Shown: positions 40,993 to 53,435, numbered from the stretch's first letter. The stretch is 64,000 nt of DNA from Candidatus Poribacteria bacterium (GCA_963663765.2 CAXXUA010000004.1:352001-416000), one strand, 5' to 3'. Notes: generated by a model not told the origin, from the sequence alone. Numbers and translations are program-made.

Positions 40993-41598
40993 ATGAATCT
41001 TGTACCCTTTGTTGTTGAGCAAACGAACCGAGGTGAAAGGTCTTATGACATCTTTTCTCGGCTGCTTGAGGACCGAATTATTATGATCGGTTCACTGATT
41101 GAAGATGATACAGTAGCAAATCTGGTTACTGCCCAGATGCTATTTCTTGAAGGGAAAGATCCTGATGCTGACATCATCCTATATCTGAATACACCTGGTG
41201 GATCGGTATCAGCGGGTTTAGCGATTTACGATACGATGCAGTATATTAGGGCGGATGTGCAAACGTGGTGTTTAGGAAGAGCATATAGTATGGGAGCGGT
41301 TTTGTTAGCTGCTGGTACACCGGGTAAGAGATATGCGTTACCCCATTCAAAAGCCTTAATTCATCAACCGATGGCAGGTGGTATAAGCGGACAAGCCACA
41401 GACATTAGTATCCATGCGAACGAGATTTTGCGTGAAAGGGAAAGGTTGTATACTATTTTGGCTCAACATACTGGACAAAGTATAGAAAAAATAGAAACAG
41501 ATGCTGATAGAGATTTTTATATGACAGCTCAGGAGGCACTTAAGTACGGTATTGTTGATACTGTTGTTACACATCGTCAAGAAAAGAGTTCAGAATAA
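40993..41598 (+). CDS. clpP: ATP-dependent Clp protease proteolytic subunit
   Basis: [11 protein letters not shown]; NTPGGSV; catalytic S (YSMG), H (IHQP), D (DRD). Confidence 0.98.
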   Translation: MNLVPFVVEQTNRGERSYDIFSRLLEDRIIMIGSLIEDDTVANLVTAQMLFLEGKDPDADIILYLNTPGGSVSAGLAIYDTMQYIRADVQTWCLGRAYSMGAVLLAAGTPGKRYALPHSKALIHQPMAGGISGQATDISIHANEILRERERLYTILAQHTGQSIEKIETDADRDFYMTAQEALKYGIVDTVVTHRQEKSSE

Positions 41599-41671
41599 TT
41601 CCCAACATGCTTAAGTGTTAAGCGTGCTTTTAGATCTATAACTGAATTTTGGAAGTAAGTTGGAGGAAAGA

Positions 41672-42961
41672 ATGTCAGATTCAATCGAAGGTAGAATGAT
41701 TTGTTCATTCTGTAATAGAGAACGCAGCCAAGTCGGTGAACTGCTTCAGGGTAACGATGCGATGATTTGCAATATTTGCGTTGATCAATGCAATAGGTTG
41801 CTAACAAAGGGAAATCCTTCTTTAGATATACCGGAATCACCACCTGAAGCTGAAGAGCAGGAGGAGGAAGAACTTGAACCACCTGTGCTACTTCTTGATC
41901 CGTCGGAGATTAAGTCAAAACTTGATGAGTATGTAATCGGACAAGAACATGCGAAAAAAATCCTATCAGTTGCAGTTTACACACACTATAAACGATTACA
42001 GCATGAAAACACCAATGAAATTGAATTAGACAAAAGCAACATTCTTCTGATTGGACCGACAGGTACAGGTAAGACACTGCTTGCAGAAACCCTTGCGAAA
42101 GTTCTGAACGTGCCTTTTGCTATAGCTGATGCGACAACAGTTACGGAAGCGGGTTATGTTGGTGAAGACGTAGAGAACATTATCCTTAAGCTCGTTCAAG
42201 CGGCAGATGGTAACATTAAGCGTGCGCAAACGGGTATTATCTATATAGATGAGATTGACAAGATTACACGCAAATCCGAAAATCCATCTATAACTCGGGA
42301 TGTGTCCGGTGAAGGTGTTCAGCAGGCATTATTGAAGATTTTGGAGGGAACACTTGCAAATGTGCCTCCCCGTGGTGGCAGAAAACATCCCCATCAAGAA
42401 ATGCTTCAAGTTGATACTAAAGATGTTTTATTCATCTGTGGTGGTACCTTTATCGGTTTGGAAAACATTGTGAAGAATCGTATGGGTAGACAGAGCATTG
42501 GTTTTGGTTCAGAAATAAAAACTAAGGACAATAAGAAAGTCCACGAAGTTTTGGAACATGTAACTGCCAAGGACTTAACGAGGTATGGATTTATACCTGA
42601 ACTCATAGGTAGATTACCCGTTGTTGCTAATCTACATGAATTGGATGAACCTGCGCTCGTTAGAATTCTTACGGAACCGAAGAACGCGCTTGTCAAACAG
42701 TATCAGCAACTTTTGGCGTATGAAGGTGTGCAATTTGATGTAACTGATAGAGCCCTTTCTGCTATTGCGCACCAAGTCATAGAACGTGAAACGGGTGCTC
42801 GTGGTTTGCGAGCAGTCTTGGAAAGGATAATGTTGGAAACCATGTATAAGATTCCATCACTGTCGGAAGTACAAGCGTGTCAGATAACTGAAGATAACGT
42901 ATTAGGTAATAGTCCACCAGAGTTGATTATCAAGCCATCTGAAGTTCTTAAAACAGCGTAA
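41672..42961 (+). CDS. clpX: ATP-dependent Clp protease ATP-binding subunit ClpX
   Basis: CSFC...ICNIC zinc domain; GPTGTGKT; [14 protein letters not shown]; IGF loop. Confidence 0.98.
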   Translation: MSDSIEGRMICSFCNRERSQVGELLQGNDAMICNICVDQCNRLLTKGNPSLDIPESPPEAEEQEEEELEPPVLLLDPSEIKSKLDEYVIGQEHAKKILSVAVYTHYKRLQHENTNEIELDKSNILLIGPTGTGKTLLAETLAKVLNVPFAIADATTVTEAGYVGEDVENIILKLVQAADGNIKRAQTGIIYIDEIDKITRKSENPSITRDVSGEGVQQALLKILEGTLANVPPRGGRKHPHQEMLQVDTKDVLFICGGTFIGLENIVKNRMGRQSIGFGSEIKTKDNKKVHEVLEHVTAKDLTRYGFIPELIGRLPVVANLHELDEPALVRILTEPKNALVKQYQQLLAYEGVQFDVTDRALSAIAHQVIERETGARGLRAVLERIMLETMYKIPSLSEVQACQITEDNVLGNSPPELIIKPSEVLKTA

Positions 42962-42972
42962 AGGAGCAAACC

Positions 42973-45477
42973 ATGAACAGTGAATCTGGAAAAATAGCCA
43001 ACGTAACAGATATGTCTCTACCTGTTATAGCATTACCAACAGATTTTGATATTTTTTATCCAAGAACTAAAGTTATCTTTGATAACAATTTAGTAGATTG
43101 GGCACCCTTGTATATCAAACGCAAAATGGGTATCCTTGCTACGCGCGCAGCACTTGATACAGATTCTAAGATATTGCTCCTCCACCAAATAATAGAACTT
43201 GATGAAGAAGTTGAACCGACAGCAGAAGATCTACATTCTGTTGGTGTTGTTGCGAATATTATCCAAGATGTTGATCCGAAAAATGGCACACTTCGAATTG
43301 CAATTGAGACAACAAACAGAGCAAATGTTGTTGACTGTATACAAGTTGATGGTTACTTAAAGGCAGAAGTCAAAATCGTTCCTGAACATCGGGGTGATTC
43401 AGAGTCTGCTGCAAGACTTGTTAGTGCAACCAAAGGTGCTTTCCGCAATCTCATTAAAATAATACCCAATTATAGTTTTCCTGATGTTGAAAAATCCAGA
43501 CGTTTGATTCCTGAAATTGAAAGACATATACGTGACATCGTAGAACCTGGTGTTCTTGCTGACAATATTGCTCGTTTTGTCAAGTTTCCTGCTGAAAGAC
43601 GTTTAGAGATTCTTAAGGAACTCAACCCTATCAAACGTTTAAACTTGGTATGGTCACTTCTTGAAGCAGAGCTTGAGTTGCTTGATCTTGATGAAGAAAT
43701 TCAAACTGAAGTAAGTGACTCTGTGAAGAAAGCTCATCAAGAATTTCGTTTGCAGGAAGAGATGAAGGTTATTCAAAGGAAACTTGGTCGTGGTGATGAG
43801 ATTGATGAAATAGATGACTTGCGCGAACAGGTCAAAAATGCTGGTATGACTGAGGAGGCAGAGAAAAAAGCCTTGAAGGAGCTTGACAGACTTGCACAGA
43901 TACCACCGATGTCGGCAGAATCTGGTGTAATTCGGAATTATGTTGACTGGTTGCTTGCTGTGCCGTGGAAAGAACGCACTGAAAATACGATAGAACTTGG
44001 AGAAGCTGAGAAGATTTTAGATGAAGATCATTACGGGTTGGAGAAGCCGAAGACGAATGTATTAGAATACCTCGCTGTGCTAAAACTTGTTGAACAGCTC
44101 AAGGGCCCAATTCTGTGTTTAGTTGGTCCGCCGGGTGTTGGAAAAACCTCTTTAGGCAAATCCATAGCGCGTGCGACAGGTAGGAAATTCGTTCGTATGT
44201 CACTTGGTGGTGTGCGTGATGAAGCGGAGATACGTGGACATCGTCGTACTTATATTGGTGCGATACCGGGACGCATTATTCAAGGTTTGCGTGATGTGCA
44301 AACGAAAAACCCGTTATTTTTGCTTGATGAAATTGACAAACTCAGTTCTGATTGGCGTGGTGACCCTGCTTCTGCTCTTCTTGAAGTGCTTGATCCCGAA
44401 CAGAATGAGACGTTTCGTGACCACTATTTGGATGTTGAGTTTGATCTATCAGACGTTATGTTTATTACTACGGCGAATACTCGGATTACGATACCACCTG
44501 CGCTTGAAGATCGAATGGAAGTGATTGATATTCCTGGTTATACCGATTTTGAGAAACATAAAATTGCGACATTTCATCCAAACGGATTGATTCCTAAACA
44601 GTTGAAAAGTCATGGTCTGAAGGAAGATAATATTACATTTGATGATTCAGCGATATATGACATCGTCAATAAATATACGCGTGAAGCAGGTGTAAGAAGT
44701 TTGGAACGTAGTATTACGGGAGTTTGCAGAAAAATCGCAAAACAGATTGTTACAGAAGATTCACCAGATTTGCAGATTAATGTTACACCACTAAATTTGA
44801 GTGATTATCTTGGACCGCCAAAATGGACTCGCACAAAAGCACAGAAACATGATGAGGTAGGCGTGTCAACAGGAATGGTCTGGACACAGGTCGGTGGTGA
44901 TATCGTCTCAGTTGAAGCCACGCTTATGCCCGGTGAAGGTAAGCTGGATATGACAGGACAGCTCAAAGAGGTGATGCGGGAATCTGTACAAACTGCTGTA
45001 GCATATCTGCGTTCACGTGCCTCACACTATGACATCTCTAATGAAATTTTCGAAAAAAATGACATTCACATCCATATTCCTGAAGGGGCAGTACCTAAGG
45101 ATGGTCCTTCTGCAGGAATTACAGTAGCAACGGCTATTCTTAGTGCGATTACAGGGAAAAAAGTCCGCAAGGATGTGGCGATGACTGGTGAAATTACGTT
45201 ACGGGGTCATGTGCTTCCGATTGGTGGACTAAAAGAAAAAGCACTTGCAGCCTATCGGAATGGGATCGTTGACATTATAATGCCAGACGAAAATGAAAAA
45301 GACCTTGTAGATGTTCCAAATGAAATTCGTGAGAACATTAACTGGCATCAGGTTACGGATATTACACAGGTATTGGAATTAGCTTTTACAACTGATGATG
45401 AACCTGAAGTTATCACGCCAGCAACTGAAGATGTAGCCTTGCAGAATCCTGATGTTTTGGGGCAGACAGGAAATTGA
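42973..45477 (+). CDS. lon: Lon protease
   Basis: GPPGVGKTS; [11 protein letters not shown]; PKDGPSAG catalytic Ser; IGGLKEK. Confidence 0.98.
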   Translation: MNSESGKIANVTDMSLPVIALPTDFDIFYPRTKVIFDNNLVDWAPLYIKRKMGILATRAALDTDSKILLLHQIIELDEEVEPTAEDLHSVGVVANIIQDVDPKNGTLRIAIETTNRANVVDCIQVDGYLKAEVKIVPEHRGDSESAARLVSATKGAFRNLIKIIPNYSFPDVEKSRRLIPEIERHIRDIVEPGVLADNIARFVKFPAERRLEILKELNPIKRLNLVWSLLEAELELLDLDEEIQTEVSDSVKKAHQEFRLQEEMKVIQRKLGRGDEIDEIDDLREQVKNAGMTEEAEKKALKELDRLAQIPPMSAESGVIRNYVDWLLAVPWKERTENTIELGEAEKILDEDHYGLEKPKTNVLEYLAVLKLVEQLKGPILCLVGPPGVGKTSLGKSIARATGRKFVRMSLGGVRDEAEIRGHRRTYIGAIPGRIIQGLRDVQTKNPLFLLDEIDKLSSDWRGDPASALLEVLDPEQNETFRDHYLDVEFDLSDVMFITTANTRITIPPALEDRMEVIDIPGYTDFEKHKIATFHPNGLIPKQLKSHGLKEDNITFDDSAIYDIVNKYTREAGVRSLERSITGVCRKIAKQIVTEDSPDLQINVTPLNLSDYLGPPKWTRTKAQKHDEVGVSTGMVWTQVGGDIVSVEATLMPGEGKLDMTGQLKEVMRESVQTAVAYLRSRASHYDISNEIFEKNDIHIHIPEGAVPKDGPSAGITVATAILSAITGKKVRKDVAMTGEITLRGHVLPIGGLKEKALAAYRNGIVDIIMPDENEKDLVDVPNEIRENINWHQVTDITQVLELAFTTDDEPEVITPATEDVALQNPDVLGQTGN

Positions 45478-45520
45478 TCCATGAGTCTTGACATCATTGA
45501 AATATGGACGTTGTGAAAAG

Positions 45521-45784
45521 ATGCGAGTAGACAAATTTCTTCAAATTTCACGTCTTGTAAAACGTAGGACAGCAGCGAATACACTTTGTAGTCGTGGTAG
45601 AGTATTAGTTAATGACCATCCTGCCAAACCGGGTAAATCACTTGTAGTCGGGGATCGTATAACCATTATCTCGGATAGACACCCCACAGAAGAATCACAA
45701 GAATTAACATACAAGGTTCTTGAGATTCCTACAGGTAATGTGACTAAGAGCCGTGCTGCGACATTGTATCGTCTTGTAAAGTAG
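45521..45784 (+). CDS. RNA-binding S4 domain protein (Hsp15/YabO-like)
   Basis: MRVDKFLQISRLVKRRT.A...C..GRV.VN. Confidence 0.9.
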   Translation: MRVDKFLQISRLVKRRTAANTLCSRGRVLVNDHPAKPGKSLVVGDRITIISDRHPTEESQELTYKVLEIPTGNVTKSRAATLYRLVK

Positions 45785-45833
45785 GTTTATACCCCAGTTG
45801 TTCGTCATTTCACCCAACCTCACTCAATCTAAC

Positions 45834-46937
45834 ATGCTTCCACGTATAGGGATAACGATGGGAGATGCTGCTGGCATCGGACCTGAAATTATCGTAAAAG
45901 CACTCATCAACAATAACATCTACCAAATCTGTCAACCTGTTGTCATAGGTAGTGCAACAATCATTCAACACACCTTAAGCTGGTTATCTTCAAAAGAAAC
46001 TTCATCCGAAGAATCTAAGTACTTTCCCCAAGTTTCTGTCGTCCAACCGTCAAAAGAGTTTATTACACCTTTTGGACAGATTGATGTAGTAGATGTAAAT
46101 TCGTTGAGTCCTGATGATTTTTCACTTGGGACTGTGAACTCCTACTGTGGCTTAGCAGCAATTCAGTCAATTGAGGCAGCAGTAAAACTCACGCTGGATG
46201 GCGTTCTTGATGCCATTACAACAGCACCGATATGTAAGGCATCAATACAACGGGCAGGTTCACCATACCCAGGTCACACAGAGATGCTGACAGGTTTAAC
46301 AAATATTGAAAAATCTGTCATGATGCTCAAAACATGGAATACTGAATTGTTACCTAAATCGGCGTTTGGCAAAGCTACAAAAAAAATGAACAATTCTTCT
46401 ACTAATACAACAAACTTAGTAGGAGATCTGACAGTTTCGTTTGTTACAAACCACATTCCAATTTCTGAAGTTGCACAACATATTTCATCAGAAAGAATAA
46501 TTGATGTGATTCAATTAACCCATGATGCATTAGTCCGATATGGTATTGCAGAACCGCGTTTAGTAGTAACAGGACTAAACCCGCATGCTGGTGAACAAGG
46601 TATGTTTGGTAAAGAAGAAGAGGAGACCATCTTGCCTGCAATACGACAAGCAGCGTCAGCAGGTATGCATGTTGATGGACCGTTGCCAGCAGATACTCTA
46701 TTCCAAAAGGCTTTACGCGGAGATTGGGATGCTGTTGTTGCTATGTATCATGACCAAGGCAATATACCGATTAAACTGATTGGATTTGGTAATGTCGTGA
46801 ATATCACATTAGGATTACCTATTGTACGTACAAGTGTTGACCACGGTACAGCGTTTGACATCGCTGGACAAGGTGTCGCGAGTGAATCCAGTCTACTGGC
46901 TGCTATAGATGCAGCAGCACAATTAGTGAGTTTCTGA
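45834..46937 (+). CDS. pdxA: 4-hydroxythreonine-4-phosphate dehydrogenase PdxA
   Basis: ITMGDAAGIGPEI; GHTE; GLNPHAGE; AMYHDQG; RTSVDHGTAFDIAG. Confidence 0.96.
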   Translation: MLPRIGITMGDAAGIGPEIIVKALINNNIYQICQPVVIGSATIIQHTLSWLSSKETSSEESKYFPQVSVVQPSKEFITPFGQIDVVDVNSLSPDDFSLGTVNSYCGLAAIQSIEAAVKLTLDGVLDAITTAPICKASIQRAGSPYPGHTEMLTGLTNIEKSVMMLKTWNTELLPKSAFGKATKKMNNSSTNTTNLVGDLTVSFVTNHIPISEVAQHISSERIIDVIQLTHDALVRYGIAEPRLVVTGLNPHAGEQGMFGKEEEETILPAIRQAASAGMHVDGPLPADTLFQKALRGDWDAVVAMYHDQGNIPIKLIGFGNVVNITLGLPIVRTSVDHGTAFDIAGQGVASESSLLAAIDAAAQLVSF

Positions 46938-46940
46938 TTT

Positions 46941-49900
46941 ATGGTAAAACGTTTTATAATCACTCTATTCTTATCATGCTTGTTGATGACTTTTCTGCAA
47001 GCTGAAATATACGAAAGTGTTTATTGCAACCCAACCACAGACCAATTTCAAATTTCAGATAGCCAAAACCTATCCAGTACATTATCTAACAATCTGTTAG
47101 AAGTCGTAAAGACTGAACCTCATTACATTATACTTCGATTCCAAACTCCAAAACTAAAAGTGCTAAGTCTACAACAGGATGATGAGGTATACACACAAAT
47201 AGATTTTGATGGTGCACATTGGACAACGGAATTTGGACAACCGAAACTCCCAAAATGGACGGCACAGATCGGATTGCCAGCAGTCAGTAGTGTAACAACA
47301 ACGGTGCTTCAGAAAAAGAGCTCATTTAGAAAATTACAGAATCCGATTATAACAAATGAAATAATAGATCCATTCTTTCCAGATGCACACAAGAGAGATG
47401 ATGTATCCGATAAGGCAACACAATCTACGGGAACACAGTCATCAGTTATGTACCCTGCAGAGATGCTTCAAGTTATTCCAGTGGGTTTTGTGCGATCCCA
47501 ACGTATTGGTGCTTTACACATTCATCCGATTCAATACAACAGTGCGACTAATCAGATAAAAATCACTGAAGAGATAACGTTTCGCATAGACTTTTTTGGT
47601 GCTTCAACAGATAAACGTGCACCGTTGATTTCACTAGCCCATGAGAGTCCTATTTACGAAGGAATGTTTAGGACAATGCTTGTGAACAATACGCAGTCCT
47701 TACCTTGGCGGCAGGGATTGGGTCGAATGCGTACACATGCAATTCAAGGTGCACCAGCTGCACCGACAGAAACAAGGCGTCGATTTAAGATCGCTATTAA
47801 GCAAAACGATATGTATTTCGTTAGTTATAACAACCTTGTTACAGCTGGGGTGACACCAGAAACAATAGACTTAAATAGTATTCGAGTGGAGACAGGTAGT
47901 CGTCAACAGGGATTTTATGTCTTTGATGAAAACCAAAATGAGACACTTGATCGTGGGGATAAAGTAGTCTTTTACGCACGTGGTTTACAAAGCAATAAAT
48001 TTACCGATACAAATGTCTATTGGTTCAGTTTTGACGAAAAGGGTGCTGATGTATCACAAGAAACAGAGAATATTTATCGTATTGGTATTCGTTCCGCGGC
48101 ACCAAATTCAGAAAGCAAAGCTCCGCCAACAGCATTTAAAACAAGGATACGGTATGAGAAAAACAACTTCTATGACCCGCTTGATGGCGATGATATACAG
48201 GATGTGTTGGATGACCACTTTTTCTGGACTGGATTAAGGGGTGATAATTCAGATATTAGCAGAAAACATTTCTCAGTCTTGCTTCCTCAAGCAATTCCCC
48301 GTTATGAACTTGAAGAGGATGCCACGTTACGTGTAAAACTTCAAGGTGCTTCACGTAGGAATGCAGCGCTGCATAGAGCAGTATTGTATTTTAATGATAG
48401 ACAACTCGGTAATATAGAGGAGTGGAGACGACAGAAGGATCCAATTATTACTCGATTCATACCCCAAAACAGAATATCACATGATCAGGATAACATATTG
48501 CGTTTAGATGCACTTGATAGGAACAACACGCCAGAAGGTTCTTATGACTTTTACTTAGATTGGTATGAATTTGACTATTGGCGTAATTTCCGAGCAGATT
48601 CTAATAGGTTAGAGTTTAACTCTATTACTTTACCTGCGGTTAGTGGAATGTCAAGATTCAACGTCGTCAACTTTAGCAATGAAGTTATTGATGTTTATAC
48701 TATGAATCAGAGTACAGGGGTAACTGCTAAGCTTGTAGATGGTGTTGTTTCTCGATATAGTAGTGGCTACCAAATTGCGTTTGAGGATGAAGTTTTTGGA
48801 CTTACAAATTATTTTGTAGTTGGTAGCAATAACTATCGCAGCATTACAGCATTAACTGAAGTTCCACCAAGTAGTTTACGAAATCCGACAACACAAGCTG
48901 ATTATATTGTGATAACACATGAGTCCTTTATTGAAAACATAGCACCCTTAGTAGAGTATCGACGTTCACAAGGTTTGACGGTGAAAGTTGTGGATATAGA
49001 CGAAATTTACGACGAGTTCGGTGCGGGCCTTTTTGATCCGCTTGCAATTCAGCATTTCTTGCGTTATGTCTATGATACTTGGCAGCCGCCAGCACCAACC
49101 TATGTGTTGTTAGTAGGTGATGCACATTACGACTATAAAGAGGTGATTGTAAGACGTTATGCAGAGGACCCAAACATACGTCGCACCTATAATCTATACC
49201 CCAATTTTGTACCGACCTATCATGGATGGGCTCCGGAAAGTGGCGAAACAGCGATGGATCAAAGGTTCGTTAATATCAGTGGTGTTGACCGTTTACCCGA
49301 CATGTTAATTGGTCGTCTTTCTGTTCAAACAGCATCCGAACTTAAACCGATGGTTCAAAAGATTATTGACTATGAAGTAAAACCAAGAATTGGTCCGTGG
49401 CAAGCAACCTTGGTTCAAGTTGCAGATAACGAAGTGAATAATCCTGGTGATATAAGTTTTGAATTAAGTCGGAATGAACTAATTGATGATTATATCCCAC
49501 CTGCATATAATACCAAGCAGATCTACTTACGGAAGTATGAAAATTCACAAAGAACTAAAAGCGAAATTCTGAAATCGTTCGCTGAAGGTGCTCTCGTTAT
49601 AGAATATGCGGGACACGGAGGTATCCATACATGGGCTGATGAAGGAATATTCCATATTGATAATGTCAGTAGTTTACGCAACAGTCATCTACCGTTAGTC
49701 ATTACGACGACATGTTTGAACGGGGAATTTGATAGACCGCAAGAATATGGCAATCATTGTCTAAGCGAGGCATTCTTATTGAGTAGATATGGCGCGATTT
49801 CTTCTCTTTCTGCGACCCGTCTTACTTATGCACAAGCTAATTCGGAATTCGATGATGACCTTTTTACGGCTATGTTTACGCGTATCCCTTTCGATTCGAA

Positions 49901-52900
49901 GCAAGGACCGATTGAAGTATCAAATATTCCCTTAAGCATCGGTAAAATAGTCACAGATGCCAAGATTAGATTCATCTCACGTATAATTAATAGAAGGTGG
50001 ATTCCTGGTGCTGAACAATACACTCTCTTCGGTGACCCCGCAACGCAGCTTGCCCTTCCTGGACTTGATATACGTGTGAATCTGGCAGAATTTGCACTTA
50101 ATTCCACAAAGGATATTGTTGTTTTCAACAATGAAGTTGGTAGTTATGATTCAGATGGTGTATGGTGGAAAGCTGAAGAATTTAGCACAGAAAAACTTGT
50201 TGCCTCTGCTATATTTCAAAACAATTTTGATGATGATTTGAATAATGATTTTACACTTACCAGTGATGGACGGGTTTGGCAAGGTGAATTTGGAACGATT
50301 CGGGTAGATGTCCCATCTCGAGCGATTCCGGGCAAAGGTGCAATACGTTTGTTTGCGGATGATGGTAAACGTGCTGCTGTAGGAGGAGCATTTCTGTGGG
50401 TGGACACGCCCATCATAGGTGATGTCCGTGAAGAGATAGATGCTGTAAAAGACCATATCATCAATATTCAAGTGCTTATCTTTGACGACATGGGAGGTAC
50501 TCAAGGCATACGTTCTATAGATGTCGTATGGGATGTGAACTATGCTAACGATAGTACACCAATGGTCAAAATTCCACCTCCTCCGAGCACAGGTGAACTT
50601 CCTCAAGGTGGTCAGTGGTATGAAATTCAGACTCCAATTCCATTGCCTTTACCCGGATATAGAGTAAGATATCGCATTGTTGTCACGGATACGACAGGAT
50701 TGCAAGTGGCTTATCCATCACTGTTTAAACGTGTTGATGTAATTGTCCCAGAAGGCACAAACTTGTCCGTTGGTACTGACGGTACAAGCATCGCTCCCAT
50801 ACGTTATACATTCGATAAGAACACAGAGATTTATTCTCTCACTGCAGAAATTGTAAATATTGGTGGTAGAACTGCAAAATACTCCATAGATATTGTTTTT
50901 GCGGAAGGGAATCCTGATATAGATGGTAATCTTGTTATAGATGAGGACGTTGAAGAAATAGGAAGAGTTACTATTGAACCCGATGACTGGAATGATGGTG
51001 ATACGGTCTTACAACATACTATTGCTAATCTAAAATTGAAAGAGAACCTATCAACGGGTGTGCATAATATCTATGTATTGATTGACCCAGAAGAGGACTT
51101 AGATGAGGTAATGAAGGGGAATATCGCAGAATCGAAAGAATACGACAACACCTTGAATATCACCTTTGTTGTGAACGAGTTCTTTTATGAACCGACAAAA
51201 CCTTTATATGCTTTTAGTTTAGATAGGGTTTTTGATATTGATATTCCTGCAGAGGCAGCAACGGTTGAAGGTGAACGGGTACCCTTGACGATTTCTTCAA
51301 GTGCACCGTTTAATCTAACGCAAACGTCTCTTAAATATGCTACAATTCCTCACGTTGCTGCAATTCGTAGGGGCTTGATTCGCACAGGTGAAGAATTGTC
51401 ACAACAATATGAAGTATCATTCCGCACCCCAGATGTAACCCTGAAGAAACCAGCCAAAATCAAGTTGCGTTTTGATGTCAGCAGTATAGAAAATTATGTC
51501 AGAGAGAATACTGAATGGAAAGAAGGCACTGAGTATTTTAGGGATGCTATGATTGACGAGGCGGAGAAACTGAGTCTTTATACATGGCACCCAAAATATG
51601 AAAAGTGGAGACGTTTGCCATCAAAAGTAAATTATGTTACTGAGAACGAAAGACCTGATCCTAAAAAAGAAGGACCAATATTTCTACTTGAAAATTATGT
51701 TACACCCATTGAAACTGAAAACGCGAATAAACAATTAATTCCTTTAGATAGTATCAAAATCAATCGGAATCAAACACCAGCGGGTCTTTGGGTCATAATA
51801 TTTTTGGATTCAATAGAGTTTGAAGTATATTTGAAACGTGAAGAGTTCGTTGGTTTTGCTCGATTTGATAATCCTGGTCAGCTTGACAATACGTATCGGA
51901 TAGAAAACTACGGCATCGAATTTACCATACCGAGTAGTTGGACACCCCCGCCTGGACTAAATGATGGTTCACCTATTGTTCCCTTTGAATTTGCAGACAT
52001 TCTGATTTTTGAGACTGGATATGAACAGAACGCAACAGTTTTGGAAAATGTGCGGAATCAGAATGTTGGTAACGGCACAGCCACTATTACAGCAAGGGCG
52101 GGTCCAAAAGGTGAATTTGCAGTCGGGGATTGGTTCATCTTTTTTACATCCTTTAACAGATATGAACTCCGAGATAGAACTGGAGGTACGGTTTATTTGT
52201 CTAACGATATTCCTGTTGCGGGGGTAATCAATGAGAAACTCTACGTAAGTGAACTCGGTATTGAAATACTGGTTTCACCGAGTTCTGAACCATTCGTGTT
52301 CGGTGACAAAATTAAGTTCAGTACAGCACAAGTTGCAACGATCACCGCAGAAACGAATGAACTTACACCGTTTACTCTAATAAGTAGTGATGACACAGCA
52401 GCTCCGAGTTTCAATATATGGATAGATGGTATCCAACCGCAGACTGGGAGTATCATCAAACCGCGTCCACATTTTTCTATCTTGCTTGAAGATGCTGATG
52501 GCATCAACTTAGATACGTTAGTTTTCCGTAGAGGTGACAATGGTAACACGTTGGAACCCATCACAGATTTTGTTCTGAGAAATCCAAAGAACTTAGACAC
52601 TGTTCCGATAGACTATAATCCTGTATTGTTTCCAGGGGAATATGCTTTTGAGATTGAGGCGAGTGATTTCAACGGACATGCAATTGGAGGTAAAGCTGGG
52701 AAATATCAGACACGCTTCGTAGTAATTGAGGAGCCTGATGTTGATCCTCCTGCAATAGAGATTTTTGTAAATGATGAACTTCTTCCAATAGAGGAGGTTG
52801 CATCGGGAAATGGTGGGAATAGGGTAAATTCAGAAAATAGACGTTTCACTGAACAACCAAGTTGTGAAATTAGGGTTACTGATGATATTGCGATAGACAA

Positions 52901-53435
52901 TAACCTTCTTAACATAACATTCAGTATGATATCCGAAGATGGTATTGAGATTGATCCCACGCGGCGTTATCGTGAATTTGATGCTGCTTCTTGGAATTTT
53001 GATGAGGAGAATCCACTGAATGCAGAATTCCGTTTTGCTCCGGATCTACAAAATGGGACATACCGGATTCATGTGTCAGCGACAGATTCAAGTGGGAACT
53101 TGTCGGTAGTACATGCAGATTTCATACTTGATGAAGCAGTCACTCTAAGGGATGTATTCAATGTTCCGAATCCAGTAGACAAGGGTAAGACATTTTTTAC
53201 TTATCAGTTAGCGCAACCCCCAGATAAGGTAACTATCAAGATTTACACAGTTAGCGGTCGGCTTATCAAAACAATTGCAGATGCAAGTGCAAAGCGGGGA
53301 AACAATGAAACTTTTTGGGATGGAAAGGATGGGAATGGAATTCGTTGTGCTAATGGTGTATATCTCTATCGCGTGATTGCACAAACAGAGGAAAAGACTG
53401 TACAAAAGATAGGAAAACTTGCAATACTACGGTGA
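46941..53435 (+). CDS. C25 (gingipain/PorU-like) cysteine peptidase with a T9SS-type/FlgD-Ig C-terminal domain
   Basis: Signal peptide; propeptide; ADYIVIT; YVLLVGDA; IGRL; catalytic YAGHG and TTTCLNG; LFGDP; C-terminal NVPNP...IYTVSGRLI...WDG...NGVYLY...KLAILR. Confidence 0.9.
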   Translation: MVKRFIITLFLSCLLMTFLQAEIYESVYCNPTTDQFQISDSQNLSSTLSNNLLEVVKTEPHYIILRFQTPKLKVLSLQQDDEVYTQIDFDGAHWTTEFGQPKLPKWTAQIGLPAVSSVTTTVLQKKSSFRKLQNPIITNEIIDPFFPDAHKRDDVSDKATQSTGTQSSVMYPAEMLQVIPVGFVRSQRIGALHIHPIQYNSATNQIKITEEITFRIDFFGASTDKRAPLISLAHESPIYEGMFRTMLVNNTQSLPWRQGLGRMRTHAIQGAPAAPTETRRRFKIAIKQNDMYFVSYNNLVTAGVTPETIDLNSIRVETGSRQQGFYVFDENQNETLDRGDKVVFYARGLQSNKFTDTNVYWFSFDEKGADVSQETENIYRIGIRSAAPNSESKAPPTAFKTRIRYEKNNFYDPLDGDDIQDVLDDHFFWTGLRGDNSDISRKHFSVLLPQAIPRYELEEDATLRVKLQGASRRNAALHRAVLYFNDRQLGNIEEWRRQKDPIITRFIPQNRISHDQDNILRLDALDRNNTPEGSYDFYLDWYEFDYWRNFRADSNRLEFNSITLPAVSGMSRFNVVNFSNEVIDVYTMNQSTGVTAKLVDGVVSRYSSGYQIAFEDEVFGLTNYFVVGSNNYRSITALTEVPPSSLRNPTTQADYIVITHESFIENIAPLVEYRRSQGLTVKVVDIDEIYDEFGAGLFDPLAIQHFLRYVYDTWQPPAPTYVLLVGDAHYDYKEVIVRRYAEDPNIRRTYNLYPNFVPTYHGWAPESGETAMDQRFVNISGVDRLPDMLIGRLSVQTASELKPMVQKIIDYEVKPRIGPWQATLVQVADNEVNNPGDISFELSRNELIDDYIPPAYNTKQIYLRKYENSQRTKSEILKSFAEGALVIEYAGHGGIHTWADEGIFHIDNVSSLRNSHLPLVITTTCLNGEFDRPQEYGNHCLSEAFLLSRYGAISSLSATRLTYAQANSEFDDDLFTAMFTRIPFDSKQGPIEVSNIPLSIGKIVTDAKIRFISRIINRRWIPGAEQYTLFGDPATQLALPGLDIRVNLAEFALNSTKDIVVFNNEVGSYDSDGVWWKAEEFSTEKLVASAIFQNNFDDDLNNDFTLTSDGRVWQGEFGTIRVDVPSRAIPGKGAIRLFADDGKRAAVGGAFLWVDTPIIGDVREEIDAVKDHIINIQVLIFDDMGGTQGIRSIDVVWDVNYANDSTPMVKIPPPPSTGELPQGGQWYEIQTPIPLPLPGYRVRYRIVVTDTTGLQVAYPSLFKRVDVIVPEGTNLSVGTDGTSIAPIRYTFDKNTEIYSLTAEIVNIGGRTAKYSIDIVFAEGNPDIDGNLVIDEDVEEIGRVTIEPDDWNDGDTVLQHTIANLKLKENLSTGVHNIYVLIDPEEDLDEVMKGNIAESKEYDNTLNITFVVNEFFYEPTKPLYAFSLDRVFDIDIPAEAATVEGERVPLTISSSAPFNLTQTSLKYATIPHVAAIRRGLIRTGEELSQQYEVSFRTPDVTLKKPAKIKLRFDVSSIENYVRENTEWKEGTEYFRDAMIDEAEKLSLYTWHPKYEKWRRLPSKVNYVTENERPDPKKEGPIFLLENYVTPIETENANKQLIPLDSIKINRNQTPAGLWVIIFLDSIEFEVYLKREEFVGFARFDNPGQLDNTYRIENYGIEFTIPSSWTPPPGLNDGSPIVPFEFADILIFETGYEQNATVLENVRNQNVGNGTATITARAGPKGEFAVGDWFIFFTSFNRYELRDRTGGTVYLSNDIPVAGVINEKLYVSELGIEILVSPSSEPFVFGDKIKFSTAQVATITAETNELTPFTLISSDDTAAPSFNIWIDGIQPQTGSIIKPRPHFSILLEDADGINLDTLVFRRGDNGNTLEPITDFVLRNPKNLDTVPIDYNPVLFPGEYAFEIEASDFNGHAIGGKAGKYQTRFVVIEEPDVDPPAIEIFVNDELLPIEEVASGNGGNRVNSENRRFTEQPSCEIRVTDDIAIDNNLLNITFSMISEDGIEIDPTRRYREFDAASWNFDEENPLNAEFRFAPDLQNGTYRIHVSATDSSGNLSVVHADFILDEAVTLRDVFNVPNPVDKGKTFFTYQLAQPPDKVTIKIYTVSGRLIKTIADASAKRGNNETFWDGKDGNGIRCANGVYLYRVIAQTEEKTVQKIGKLAILR

